Positions 11,348 to 20,225 of a stretch of 32,000 nt of DNA are shown here, in pieces. A model generated the notes under the pieces. The model saw only the letters and a list, made by a program, of their open reading frames with translations, was not told where the DNA came from and did no database searches. Position numbers and translations under genes: made by a program. The stretch is taken from assembly GCF_004296535.1 (NCBI RefSeq), contig NZ_AP018159.1:150001-182000 (forward strand), written 5' to 3'. Source of the stretch: Candidatus Saccharimonadota bacterium. Its GTDB lineage: Bacteria > Pseudomonadota > Gammaproteobacteria > Enterobacterales > Enterobacteriaceae. The number at the start of each line of letters is the position of its first letter. Position 1 is the stretch's first letter.

Positions 11348-14300
11348 TTACTCATTATTTTTTGTTTTTTCATTAAGTTCTATATTTATAGCTAAAGATT
11401 TTATTTCATTAAATAATACATTAAATGATTCTGGTATATTTGATTCAATATTATTATTACCATAAATTATATTTTTATACATATTAGATCTACCATCTAC
11501 ATCATCTGATTTAACTGTTAACATTTCTTTTAATGTATATGCGGCTCCATAAGCCTCTAAAGCCCAAACTTCCATTTCTCCAAATCTTTGACCTCCAAAT
11601 TGAGCTTTACCTCCTAAAGGTTGTTGAGTAATTAAACTATAAGATCCAGTAGATCTAGCGTGCATTTTATCATCAACTAAATGATTTAATTTCATCATAT
11701 ATATATATCCAACAGTAACTTTTCTATCAAATTTATCTCCAGTAAATCCATCAAATAAATCAATTTGTCCAGAATCTGGCAAATTTGATAAGTTTAGCAT
11801 TTTTTTAATTTCGTATTCATTAATTCCATCAAATACAGGAGTAGAAATTTTAAGACCATTTTTTATATTATTATAAATAATATATATTTCTGAATTTGTA
11901 AATTTATTAAAATCTATTATATTATCTTTCTTATCAAAATTATATATTTTACTTAAATATTTTCTTATTCTTTCTATATCATTATATTTATCATATAAAT
12001 ATTGAATATTTTTTCCTATATTCTTTAAAGAAGATCCTAAATGTGCTTCTAATATTTGACCTATATTCATTCTAGATGGTACTCCCAATGGATTAAGTAT
12101 AATATCTATAGTATTTCCATATTCATCAAAAGGCATATCTTCTATAGAATTTATTTTAGATATTACTCCTTTATTTCCATGTCTACCAGCCATCTTATCT
12201 CCTATTTGAATATATTTTTTAGTAGCTATATATATTTTAACTATTTTTAATATATCATTAGACAAATCATCATATTGAATAATCTTATTTTTAAATAAAG
12301 CATATTTGTTATCATATATACTATCTATACTTTCTAAGTATTTTATTATTTTTTTTAAATCATTTGTAATTTTATTATCTTTTAATAAATATTCAAATTG
12401 TTTATTTTTTAAATTATTATAATCATAATTAATATTATTTTTTATACATAAATTTTTTATATTATTTATTAAAATATTTGATAATATATTTTTTTCATCA
12501 TCAATAAATTTTTTAAATTTATTTAATTTATCATTTTCTATATCAATATATCTTTTATCTTTTTTAATTCCATCTTTTATAAATATTTGAACATCTATTA
12601 CAGTTCCAAAAATACCATTAGGAACTCTCAATGAAGTATCCTTTATATCAGAAGCTTTTTCTCCAAATATAGCTCTTAATAACTTTTCTTCTGGAGTCAA
12701 TTGAGTTTCATTTTTCGGAGTAACTTTTCCAACTAATATATCTCCTGGACTAACATAAGAACCTTTATATATTATTCCACATTCATCTAATTTTGAAAGT
12801 AAAGAATCAGAAATATTAGGAATATCAGCTGTTATTTCTTCTTTTCCTAATTTTGTTTCTCTACATATACAAGAAAATTCTTGTATATGTATACTTGTAA
12901 ATATATTATCTCTTACTAATTTTTCAGAAATTATCATAGAATCTTCAAAATTATATCCATACCAAGACATAAATGCTACTCTTATATTTTTGCCTAAAGA
13001 TAATTCTCCAAAATTTGTTGATTGTGAATCAGATATTATATCATTTTTATTAATCTTATCATTTATATTTACAATAGGTATATAATTTATACATGTATTT
13101 TGATTAGATTTATTAAATTTTTTTAATCTATATATATCAATATATAATGGATTACTTTCATTTACCTCTTCATTATTTACTTCTATAATAATACAGTCAC
13201 TATCTAAATAACTAACTATTCCTCCTCTTTTAGCATATATAGTATAATTAGTATCTTTAGAAACTATTATTTCCATACCAGTTCCAACTAATGGAGATTC
13301 AGAAATCATTAATGGAACTGCTTGTCTTTGCATATTAGCTCCCATTAATGCTCTATTAGCATCATTATGTTCTAAAAAAGGTATTAATGAAGAACCAACA
13401 GAAACTATTTGTTGATTTGATATATCCATATAATTAATATCATTTGAATTAAATAAATTAAATTCTCCATTATATCTGCATATTAATTTAATATCTTTAA
13501 ATTTATTATTTTTATCCAAATTATAATTAGCTTGAACTATTATATTATTAAATTCTTCATTAGAAGATAAATATTTAACTTTATTAGTAACTATTCCATT
13601 ATTTACAACTCTATATGGAGTTTCTAAAAAACCATATTTATTAACTCTTGAATATATAGATAAAGAATTAATCAAACCTATATTTGGCCCTTCCGGAGTT
13701 TCGATAGGACATAATTTTCCATAATAAGTATAATGAACATCTCTAACTTCAAATCCAGCTCTTTCTCTTGTTAATCCACCAGGACCTAAAGATGATATTC
13801 TTCTTTTATGAGTTATTTCTGACAAAGGGTTATTTTGATCCATAAACTGAGATAACTGACTAGAATTAAAAAATTCTTTTATTGTTGCAGAAAGCTGTTT
13901 AGAACTTATTATTTTTTGTGGAGTTATATTACATAAATCATTTACTACTGATAATTTGTCTTTAACATTTTTTTCTATTCTTAACAATCCTATTCTAAAT
14001 TGATTTTCTATCATTTCTCCTACTAATTTAATTCTACGATTTTCTAAATTATCTATATCATCTATTTTATATATTCCATTTTTTATATTAATTAATTTTT
14101 TTAATATTAATATAATATCATTATTATTTAATATATTTTCATTACTATCATAATTGTTTATAGATTGATTTATTTTCAATCTACCAACATTTGATAAATC
14201 ATATTTATTTTTTTTAAAAAATAAAGATTTAAATAAATATTCTGACGATTCAAAAGAAGAAAATTCACCAGGTCTAATATATTTTTGTATTTCATTTATA

Positions 14301-15337
14301 GAATCTTTATAATCAATAGTATAATCTTTTTTCAACGTATTAAATATAGATAACCCATAACTAGAATTTAAAATATCTATTATAAATAATTTATTACAAA
14401 ATTTTAAAATTTTATTTACTAAATCTTTACTTATTTTACTAAAAGATTTTAAAAATATATTTTTACTATTATCAAAACAATCATCAAATATTATACTATT
14501 AATAATTTCATTATCTTCTATTTCTAAAAAACTTATATTTTTACTTTTTAAATTTAATATAATCTCTAATGTAAAAATTTCTGATTTATTAATTTCTAAA
14601 ACATTTTCAATATATATATTAAAATTAGATTTTTTATTCAATAAAAAATCTATATTTATATAAAATTTATTATCTATAATGTCTATTTCTAAAATTTTAT
14701 AAAATAGATTTATTATATCCTTATTAGAATAATTTATACAATGTAAAAACATTGTAACTGGAAATTTTTTCTTTCTATCTATTCTAGCAAATATACAATC
14801 TTTTATATCAAATTCAAAATCAATCCATGATCCTCTATATGGAATTATTCTAGCGTTATATAAGTTTTTTAATTGTATATTTTTTTCTTTTACAATATCA
14901 AAAAAAACTCCAGGACTTCTATGTAATTGAGATACAATTACCTTTTCTACTCCATTAATTATAAATGATCCATTTTTTGTCATATTAGGAATATCTCCAA
15001 TATAAACTTCTTGTTCAATTTTATTAATTATTTCATTATTTTTATTATAAATAATTAATTCTAATATAATTTTTAAACAAATTGAATAAGTTAATCCTTT
15101 TAATTTACATTCATCAGAATCTACATTAACATTTTTTTCTATATTATAATTTATGTATCTAAGTTCTATATTATTATTATAATTAAATATAGGAAATATA
15201 GAATTTAATATATTATTTATTCCAAATTCTATAAACTTTGAAAAAGATTCTTTTTGTATATCTAATAAATTTGGTAATTCTATAATTGAATTATATTTAT
15301 TAAAACTTTTTCTAAAATTCTTTTTTAAAATATTCAT
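11348..15337 (-). CDS. rpoB: DNA-directed RNA polymerase subunit beta
   Basis: Conserved blocks are present: SQLSQFMDQNNPLSEITHKRR (rifampicin cluster I region), GPNIGLI, NMQRQAVP, and the C-terminal GGQRFGEMEVWALEAYGAAY. 1329 aa. Confidence 0.98.
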   Translation of the reverse strand: MNILKKNFRKSFNKYNSIIELPNLLDIQKESFSKFIEFGINNILNSIFPIFNYNNNIELRYINYNIEKNVNVDSDECKLKGLTYSICLKIILELIIYNKNNEIINKIEQEVYIGDIPNMTKNGSFIINGVEKVIVSQLHRSPGVFFDIVKEKNIQLKNLYNARIIPYRGSWIDFEFDIKDCIFARIDRKKKFPVTMFLHCINYSNKDIINLFYKILEIDIIDNKFYINIDFLLNKKSNFNIYIENVLEINKSEIFTLEIILNLKSKNISFLEIEDNEIINSIIFDDCFDNSKNIFLKSFSKISKDLVNKILKFCNKLFIIDILNSSYGLSIFNTLKKDYTIDYKDSINEIQKYIRPGEFSSFESSEYLFKSLFFKKNKYDLSNVGRLKINQSINNYDSNENILNNNDIILILKKLINIKNGIYKIDDIDNLENRRIKLVGEMIENQFRIGLLRIEKNVKDKLSVVNDLCNITPQKIISSKQLSATIKEFFNSSQLSQFMDQNNPLSEITHKRRISSLGPGGLTRERAGFEVRDVHYTYYGKLCPIETPEGPNIGLINSLSIYSRVNKYGFLETPYRVVNNGIVTNKVKYLSSNEEFNNIIVQANYNLDKNNKFKDIKLICRYNGEFNLFNSNDINYMDISNQQIVSVGSSLIPFLEHNDANRALMGANMQRQAVPLMISESPLVGTGMEIIVSKDTNYTIYAKRGGIVSYLDSDCIIIEVNNEEVNESNPLYIDIYRLKKFNKSNQNTCINYIPIVNINDKINKNDIISDSQSTNFGELSLGKNIRVAFMSWYGYNFEDSMIISEKLVRDNIFTSIHIQEFSCICRETKLGKEEITADIPNISDSLLSKLDECGIIYKGSYVSPGDILVGKVTPKNETQLTPEEKLLRAIFGEKASDIKDTSLRVPNGIFGTVIDVQIFIKDGIKKDKRYIDIENDKLNKFKKFIDDEKNILSNILINNIKNLCIKNNINYDYNNLKNKQFEYLLKDNKITNDLKKIIKYLESIDSIYDNKYALFKNKIIQYDDLSNDILKIVKIYIATKKYIQIGDKMAGRHGNKGVISKINSIEDMPFDEYGNTIDIILNPLGVPSRMNIGQILEAHLGSSLKNIGKNIQYLYDKYNDIERIRKYLSKIYNFDKKDNIIDFNKFTNSEIYIIYNNIKNGLKISTPVFDGINEYEIKKMLNLSNLPDSGQIDLFDGFTGDKFDRKVTVGYIYMMKLNHLVDDKMHARSTGSYSLITQQPLGGKAQFGGQRFGEMEVWALEAYGAAYTLKEMLTVKSDDVDGRSNMYKNIIYGNNNIESNIPESFNVLFNEIKSLAINIELNEKTKNNE

Positions 15338-15423
15338 TATTTTATCATTTTATTAAAATATTAATAAAAAATATATATATAATATAATAAATATATATAA
15401 AATATTTTTATTAAAATATTAGT

Positions 15424-15783
15424 TTAATTTAAATCAACAATAGATCCTATATCTTCAAACATTTTTTTAATTTTAATAAATTCTTCTTTATCAATGTTTT
15501 CTTTTATTATAACAGGACATGATTCAACTAAATCTTTAGATTCTTTTAATCCTAAATTTGTAATAGATCTAACTAATTTAACAACTGATATTTTATTTGA
15601 ACCTACAGATTTTAATGTTAAATTAAATATTTTTTTTTCTTCTATATTTTCTTTTTTATTATTATTTAAAATAATATCAGAATATTTTATAGAAAATTTT
15701 TTTTCTATCATTAATATTAATTCAGATACTTCTAAAACAGACATATTTGATATAGTTTCTACAATATCTTCTTTTGAAATCAT
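15424..15783 (-). CDS. rplL: 50S ribosomal protein L7/L12
   Basis: 119 aa. N-terminal I..I..MSV.E...L....E..F and C-terminal K..V.K.VR..T.LGLKE.KDLVES.P pattern. Confidence 0.93.
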   Translation of the reverse strand: MISKEDIVETISNMSVLEVSELILMIEKKFSIKYSDIILNNNKKENIEEKKIFNLTLKSVGSNKISVVKLVRSITNLGLKESKDLVESCPVIIKENIDKEEFIKIKKMFEDIGSIVDLN

Positions 15784-15812
15784 AATCTTTTTATATATAA
15801 ATTAATAAACTC

Positions 15813-16307
15813 TTAATGTTTTTTATTTATTATATGCAATAAATTTAAAAATTTACCAATAGATAAATATTTTAGAATTATTACTAAATTAAATATAGAT
15901 TTTTCATAAGTAGGAATATTATATAAATATTTTATATAATTAGTATCATATATATTTTTATTATAATATAAATAACTAATTTTACTAATATTTATAATAT
16001 TAATAAAATTTACTAAAAACTTAACTATATTTAAAACATCTTCATTTGAAAATATTATTAAATTTTGTTCAAATATATTTAAATTAATTAAATTATTTAA
16101 TTTATTTTTTTTAAAATAATTATTTAATAATGTTTTTTTAATAAAAAAAGAAACAGAATTATTTTTTTTTAAATTTTTTCTAAAAATATTAATATCTCTA
16201 GAAGGCATATTATTAATATTAATAAAAAAAAATATTTTAAATTTAGTAAATAAAATATCAAATTTATCTATTATATTTTTTTTTATAATAAAATTTTTAT
16301 TATTCAT
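15813..16307 (-). CDS. rplJ: 50S ribosomal protein L10 (highly divergent)
   Basis: Position between rplA and rplL. Residual motifs IKKTLLNN (cf. VRNTLLRR) and IPTYEKSIFNLV (cf. LPTYEEAIARLM). 164 aa. Confidence 0.8.
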   Translation of the reverse strand: MNNKNFIIKKNIIDKFDILFTKFKIFFFININNMPSRDINIFRKNLKKNNSVSFFIKKTLLNNYFKKNKLNNLINLNIFEQNLIIFSNEDVLNIVKFLVNFINIINISKISYLYYNKNIYDTNYIKYLYNIPTYEKSIFNLVIILKYLSIGKFLNLLHIINKKH

Positions 16308-16325
16308 ATAAGGTATTTTTTCTTT

Positions 16326-17012
16326 TTATATATTTATTTTTAAACTAATTCCCATAGTAGAAGTTATATAAATTTTTTTAAATATATTTTTTTTATTATT
16401 AATTATTATTTTATTATTTAATAAATGTTTATAAAAAGAAATTATATTATCTACTAAATATTCATTCTTATAATTAATTTTCCCAATTACTAAATTCAAT
16501 ATTCCATTTTTACATCTATAAAAAATTTTTTTACCATTTTTTATGTTATCTTCTATAAAATCATAATTATTTATTAGATTTCCGTATTTTTTATCAAAAA
16601 TCATATATTTAATTAAATTTTTTATAAAATTATTATTTTTATTATTAATATATATATTATTTTTAATAAAAAATAAATTAGAAAATTTAAAATTTAATTT
16701 TTTAATATTATTATCATTAATATTTATAAAATTAAAACCTAATTTTTCTATATTATTTTTATCTTCATATAAAGATATAATATATATTTTAGGAAATATC
16801 CCATTAGAATATGGTAATAAACAATTACCATATAAATTGTTAAAATTAATTTTTAATAATTTTAAATTAAAAACAATAACTATTTCTATATTTTCTATAA
16901 AATTTCTATATGAAATAGATTTTAATATATTAATAGAGTCGTTTAAGTTATATATTTTTTCCTTATTAATATTTTTTATTATTTTTATATATTCATTTTT
17001 ATTATTATTCAT
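16326..17012 (-). CDS. rplA: 50S ribosomal protein L1 (divergent)
   Basis: KIYNLNDSINILK..NFIENIEIVIVFN, FYRCKNGILNLVIGK and IYITSTMGISLKI align with L1 blocks (KQYDINEAIALLK..KFVESVDVAVNL, RYRNDKNGIIHTTIGK, VSISTTMGAGVAV). Confidence 0.88.
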   Translation of the reverse strand: MNNNKNEYIKIIKNINKEKIYNLNDSINILKSISYRNFIENIEIVIVFNLKLLKINFNNLYGNCLLPYSNGIFPKIYIISLYEDKNNIEKLGFNFININDNNIKKLNFKFSNLFFIKNNIYINNKNNNFIKNLIKYMIFDKKYGNLINNYDFIEDNIKNGKKIFYRCKNGILNLVIGKINYKNEYLVDNIISFYKHLLNNKIIINNKKNIFKKIYITSTMGISLKINI

Positions 17013-17030
17013 AAAAATAAGTTTTATACT

Positions 17031-17450
17031 TTATATTATTTCTATTCCCATTGATTTAGCTGTTCCAATAATAGATTTTGATATAATATTTATATCATCA
17101 TTTAACATATCATTAAATTTTATTTTTGATATCTCTTCTATTTTGCTTTTACTTATACTACCTATTATTTTGTTTTTACAATTTGAAGATCCTTTATTTA
17201 TATTTAATTCTTTTTTTAAAAGAATAGAAGTAGGAGTTGTTTTTATAATAAAATCAAAAGATTTATCATCATAAATAGTAATAAATACTGAAACTAAAAT
17301 ATCAGAAAAATCTTTTGTTCTATCATTAAATTTATTACAAAAAGAAATTATATTAATTCCTTTTTGACCTAAAATTGATCCTATAGGAGGATTAGGAGTA
17401 GCTTTTTTAGCATATATTTGTAACTTTAAATAAGAAATTATTTTTTTCAT
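17031..17450 (-). CDS. rplK: 50S ribosomal protein L11
   Basis: KLQI.A.KATPNPPIGS.LGQKGINI..FC..FN..T pattern. 139 aa. Confidence 0.95.
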   Translation of the reverse strand: MKKIISYLKLQIYAKKATPNPPIGSILGQKGINIISFCNKFNDRTKDFSDILVSVFITIYDDKSFDFIIKTTPTSILLKKELNINKGSSNCKNKIIGSISKSKIEEISKIKFNDMLNDDINIISKSIIGTAKSMGIEII

Positions 17451-17482
17451 AAATTATATATAATATAAATAAACTATAAAAA

Positions 17483-18025
17483 TTAAATTATTTTTTCTAT
17501 TTGAGAAAAATTTAAATTAACTGGAGTATTTCTACCAAATATTGAGACATATACTGTAATTCTATTTTTAGAATAATCAATATTTTCAACTTTACCATTA
17601 AAATCAACAAAAGGTCCATCTTTAATTCTAATTATTTCTCCAATATTAAATAATATTTTTGGTTTTGGATTTTCGCATGATATTTTTATTTTTTCTAAAA
17701 TATTATTAATTTTATCATCTGGTATATATGATAAATGAGAACCGCTTTTAATAAAGCCAAAAACATTTTTTATTTTATTAATCATATTTATTGTTTTATC
17801 ATTAACTTCCATATTTAATAAAATATAACCTGGTAAAAATTTTCTTTTACTTTTTATTTTTTTTCCATTTTTTATTTCTATTATTTCTTCTTTAGGTATG
17901 ATAATTTGTTTAAAATATTTATCAACATTAAAATAATTAGAATAGTATTTTATATATTTTAAAACTTTATCTTCAGAACCTGATAATACTTTTAATACAT
18001 ACCATTTATTATTTATATTTTCCAC
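17483..18025 (-). CDS. nusG: Transcription termination/antitermination factor NusG
   Basis: KWYVLKVLSGSE N-terminus, PGYILL, and KOW motif GEIIRIKDGPFVDFNGKVENID. Position between secE and rplK. Confidence 0.93.
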   Translation of the reverse strand: MENINNKWYVLKVLSGSEDKVLKYIKYYSNYFNVDKYFKQIIIPKEEIIEIKNGKKIKSKRKFLPGYILLNMEVNDKTINMINKIKNVFGFIKSGSHLSYIPDDKINNILEKIKISCENPKPKILFNIGEIIRIKDGPFVDFNGKVENIDYSKNRITVYVSIFGRNTPVNLNFSQIEKII

Positions 18026-18031
18026 AATATT

Positions 18032-18229
18032 TTACTTAAATTTTATTAAATAATATATGATTTTTATAATAACATAATCTAATATATATATAAATAAAGA
18101 TATTATAAAAATTAAAAAAATAATAAATAATGAGAAATAAAATGTATCAATATATTTAGGAAAAGAAATATTATTAAATTCATTTTTAATATTTAGAAAA
18201 AATAATTTAATATTAAATTTTTTTTTCAT
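18032..18229 (-). CDS. secE: Preprotein translocase subunit SecE (single-TM form)
   Basis: 65 aa with one hydrophobic helix (FYFSLFIIFLIFIISLFIYIL) preceded by a basic segment. Conserved tuf-secE-nusG position. Sequence similarity alone is weak. Confidence 0.8.
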   Translation of the reverse strand: MKKKFNIKLFFLNIKNEFNNISFPKYIDTFYFSLFIIFLIFIISLFIYILDYVIIKIIYYLIKFK

Positions 18230-18262
18230 ATACTATTTTTTTATTTTATTACTAAAAAATTT

Positions 18263-19447
18263 TTATAATATAATTTCTGTAACTAATCCAGCTCCAACTG
18301 TTTTTCCTCCTTCTCTAATAGCAAATCTTAAACCATTTTCCATAGCTATAGGAGATATTAATTCAGAAACAATATTTATATTATCTCCTGGAATAACCAT
18401 ATCTACATTATCTGGAAGTTCTATTATACCTGTAACATCAGTTGTTCTAAAATAAAATTGAGGTTTATATCCATTAAAGAATGGAGTATGTCTACCTCCT
18501 TCATCTTTAGTTAATATATAAACTTCAGATTTAAATTTAGTATATGGTTTTATTGATCCTGGTTTTGATAAAACTTGCCCTCTTTCAACATCATCTCTTT
18601 TAACACCTCTTAATAAAATACCAACATTTTCTCCAGCTCTACCTTCATCTAAAATTTTTCTAAACATTTCTATTCCTGTACATATTGTTTTAATTGTATC
18701 TTTAATACCTACAATCTCTACTTCATCTCCTATTTTAATAATACCTTTTTCTATTCTTCCAGTAACAACAGTTCCTCTGCCAGGTATTGAAAAAACATCT
18801 TCTATTGGTAATAAAAACGGTTTATCTATATCTCTTTTAGGATCTGGTATATATTTATCTAAAGTTTCTGATAGATCTATAATACTATTTTCCCATTTTA
18901 CATCTCCTTCTATTGCTTTTAAAGCAGAACCTTTTATTATTGGTGTTTCTTCTCCTGAAAAACCATATTTTGATAATAGATCTCTTATTTCCATTTCTAT
19001 TAATTCTAATATTTCATTATCTTCAACAAGATCACATTTATTTATAAAAACTATAATTTTTGGTACTCCAACTTGTCTAGCTAATAAAATATGTTCTCTA
19101 GTTTGAGGCATAGGTCCATCATTAGCAGAAACAACTAATATAGCACCATCCATTTGAGCTGCTCCAGTAATCATATTTTTAATATAATCTGCATGACCTG
19201 GACAATCTACATGAGCATAATGTCTTAATTTAGTATCATACTCAACATGAGATGTATTTATAGTTATACCTCTTTTTTTTTCTTCTGGAGCATTATCTAT
19301 CTGATCAAAATTATATATATTACCACCAAATTTTTTTGATAATACTATAGTTATAGCTGAAGTTAAAGTAGTTTTACCATGATCAACATGACCTATAGTC
19401 CCAACATTTATATGAGTTTTAGTTCTATTAAATTTTTCTTTTGACAT
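18263..19447 (-). CDS. tuf: Elongation factor Tu
   Basis: [22 protein letters not shown] motifs. 394 aa and very highly conserved. It occupies the tufB-type position downstream of tRNA Thr-Tyr-Gly. Confidence 0.99.
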   Translation of the reverse strand: MSKEKFNRTKTHINVGTIGHVDHGKTTLTSAITIVLSKKFGGNIYNFDQIDNAPEEKKRGITINTSHVEYDTKLRHYAHVDCPGHADYIKNMITGAAQMDGAILVVSANDGPMPQTREHILLARQVGVPKIIVFINKCDLVEDNEILELIEMEIRDLLSKYGFSGEETPIIKGSALKAIEGDVKWENSIIDLSETLDKYIPDPKRDIDKPFLLPIEDVFSIPGRGTVVTGRIEKGIIKIGDEVEIVGIKDTIKTICTGIEMFRKILDEGRAGENVGILLRGVKRDDVERGQVLSKPGSIKPYTKFKSEVYILTKDEGGRHTPFFNGYKPQFYFRTTDVTGIIELPDNVDMVIPGDNINIVSELISPIAMENGLRFAIREGGKTVGAGLVTEIIL

Positions 19448-19496
19448 TTTTTATATTACCATTATTTAATTATATTTTATTAATATTTTTTTAAAA

Positions 19497-19568
19497 AGCG
19501 AACAGTGGGAATCGAACCCACATACTTAGCTTGGAAGGCTAATATAATAACCATTATATTATGTTCGC
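19497..19568 (-). tRNA. tRNA-Gly (anticodon UCC)
   Basis: Cloverleaf folded by hand: acceptor GCGAACA/TGTTCGC, anticodon stem TTAGC/GCTAA with loop CTTCCAA, T arm GTGGG-TTCGATT-CCCAC, discriminator U. No encoded CCA. Confidence 0.92.
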
Positions 19569-19598
19569 AAATAAAAAAAAATCAACAAATAATAAATA

Positions 19599-19682
19599 TG
19601 GTGAGGGAAGGATTTGAACCTTCGAAGTCTTATTGACAACAGATTTACAGTCTGCTCCTTTTGGCCGCTCAGGAACCTCACC
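19599..19682 (-). tRNA. tRNA-Tyr (anticodon GUA), long variable arm
   Basis: The sequence GGTGAGGTTCCTGAGCGGCCAAAAGGAGCAGACTGTAAATCTG...GAAGGTTCAAATCCTTCCCTCACCA closely resembles E. coli tRNA-Tyr as I recall it. Loop CTGTAAA. No encoded CCA. Confidence 0.93.
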
Positions 19683-19697
19683 AAAAAAACTACAAAA

Positions 19698-19770
19698 TGC
19701 CGACAAAAGGATTCGAACCTTTGACCTTCTGATTACAAGTCAGATGCTCTTCCAACTAAGCTATGTCGGC
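19698..19770 (-). tRNA. tRNA-Thr (anticodon UGU)
   Basis: Acceptor GCCGACA/TGTCGGC, anticodon stem TCTGA/TCAGA with loop CTTGTAA, T arm AAAGG-TTCGAAT-CCTTT. No encoded CCA. Confidence 0.93.
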
Positions 19771-19833
19771 AAAACAACTATATATATAATTTTTATCATT
19801 TTTATAAAATAAAATCAACAAAAAAATATTATA

Positions 19834-19908
19834 TGCACTCGAGAGGATTTGAACCTCTAACCTCTCGGTTCGTATCCGAGTATTCTACCAAATTTGAACT
19901 ACGAGTAC
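19834..19908 (-). tRNA. tRNA-Arg (anticodon ACG)
   Basis: Acceptor GTACTCG/CGAGTGC (one G:U pair), anticodon stem CTCGG/CCGAG with loop ATACGAA, T arm AGAGG-TTCAAAT-CCTCT. No encoded CCA. Confidence 0.92.
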
Positions 19909-19917
19909 TTTAAAATA

Positions 19918-20006
19918 TGATGAGAGAGGGATTCGAACCCTCGATGTAAAATTAATTACATTCTTCTTTAGCAGAGAAGTGCTTTAATCCACTCAGCCAT
20001 CTCATC
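19918..20006 (-). tRNA. tRNA-Ser (anticodon GCU), type II with long variable arm
   Basis: Acceptor GATGAGA/TCTCATC, anticodon stem CTTCT/AGAAG with loop CTGCTAA, variable-arm helix ATGTAA/TTACAT, T arm GAGGG-TTCGAAT-CCCTC. No encoded CCA. Confidence 0.92.
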
Positions 20007-20024
20007 AAAAATAATATTTAATAT

Positions 20025-20198
20025 TTAGATATTTTTTTTTATTTTATTAAAAATTTCTTCTCTATATATTTTAATTAATTTTGGCGCATCTATTCCAATT
20101 TTAATTTGACTATCTTTTACTTTTATATTTAATATAGTAATTATTATATCATTATTTATAATTAATTTTTCTCCGCATTTTCTTGTTAAAATTAACAT
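20025..20198 (-). CDS. csrA: Carbon storage regulator CsrA (RNA-binding global regulator)
   Basis: MLILTRKCGEKLIINNDIIITILN...IKIGIDAPK...IYREEIFNKI aligns along its length with CsrA ([24 protein letters not shown]...[22 protein letters not shown]). The longest ORF begins 15 nt upstream at 20213. The alaS-csrA-tRNASer-tRNAArg synteny is as in E. coli and Pseudomonas. Confidence 0.9.
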   Translation of the reverse strand: MLILTRKCGEKLIINNDIIITILNIKVKDSQIKIGIDAPKLIKIYREEIFNKIKKNI

Positions 20199-20225
20199 TA
20201 AAATATACACCAATATTTTTTATAT

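Noticed and set aside
15494-15805. 103-aa ORF on the + strand, antisense to rplL
   Set aside because: It lies fully inside a well-supported rplL gene. It is the mirror of an A-rich coding strand: codons such as AAA/AAT/GAA read as TTT/ATT/TTC on the opposite strand and rarely give stops. The product is a low-complexity F/I/L string.
16837-17274. 145-aa ORF on the + strand spanning the rplA/rplK junction
   Set aside because: Antisense to two conserved ribosomal-protein genes. The F/I/L-rich low-complexity translation is a compositional artefact.
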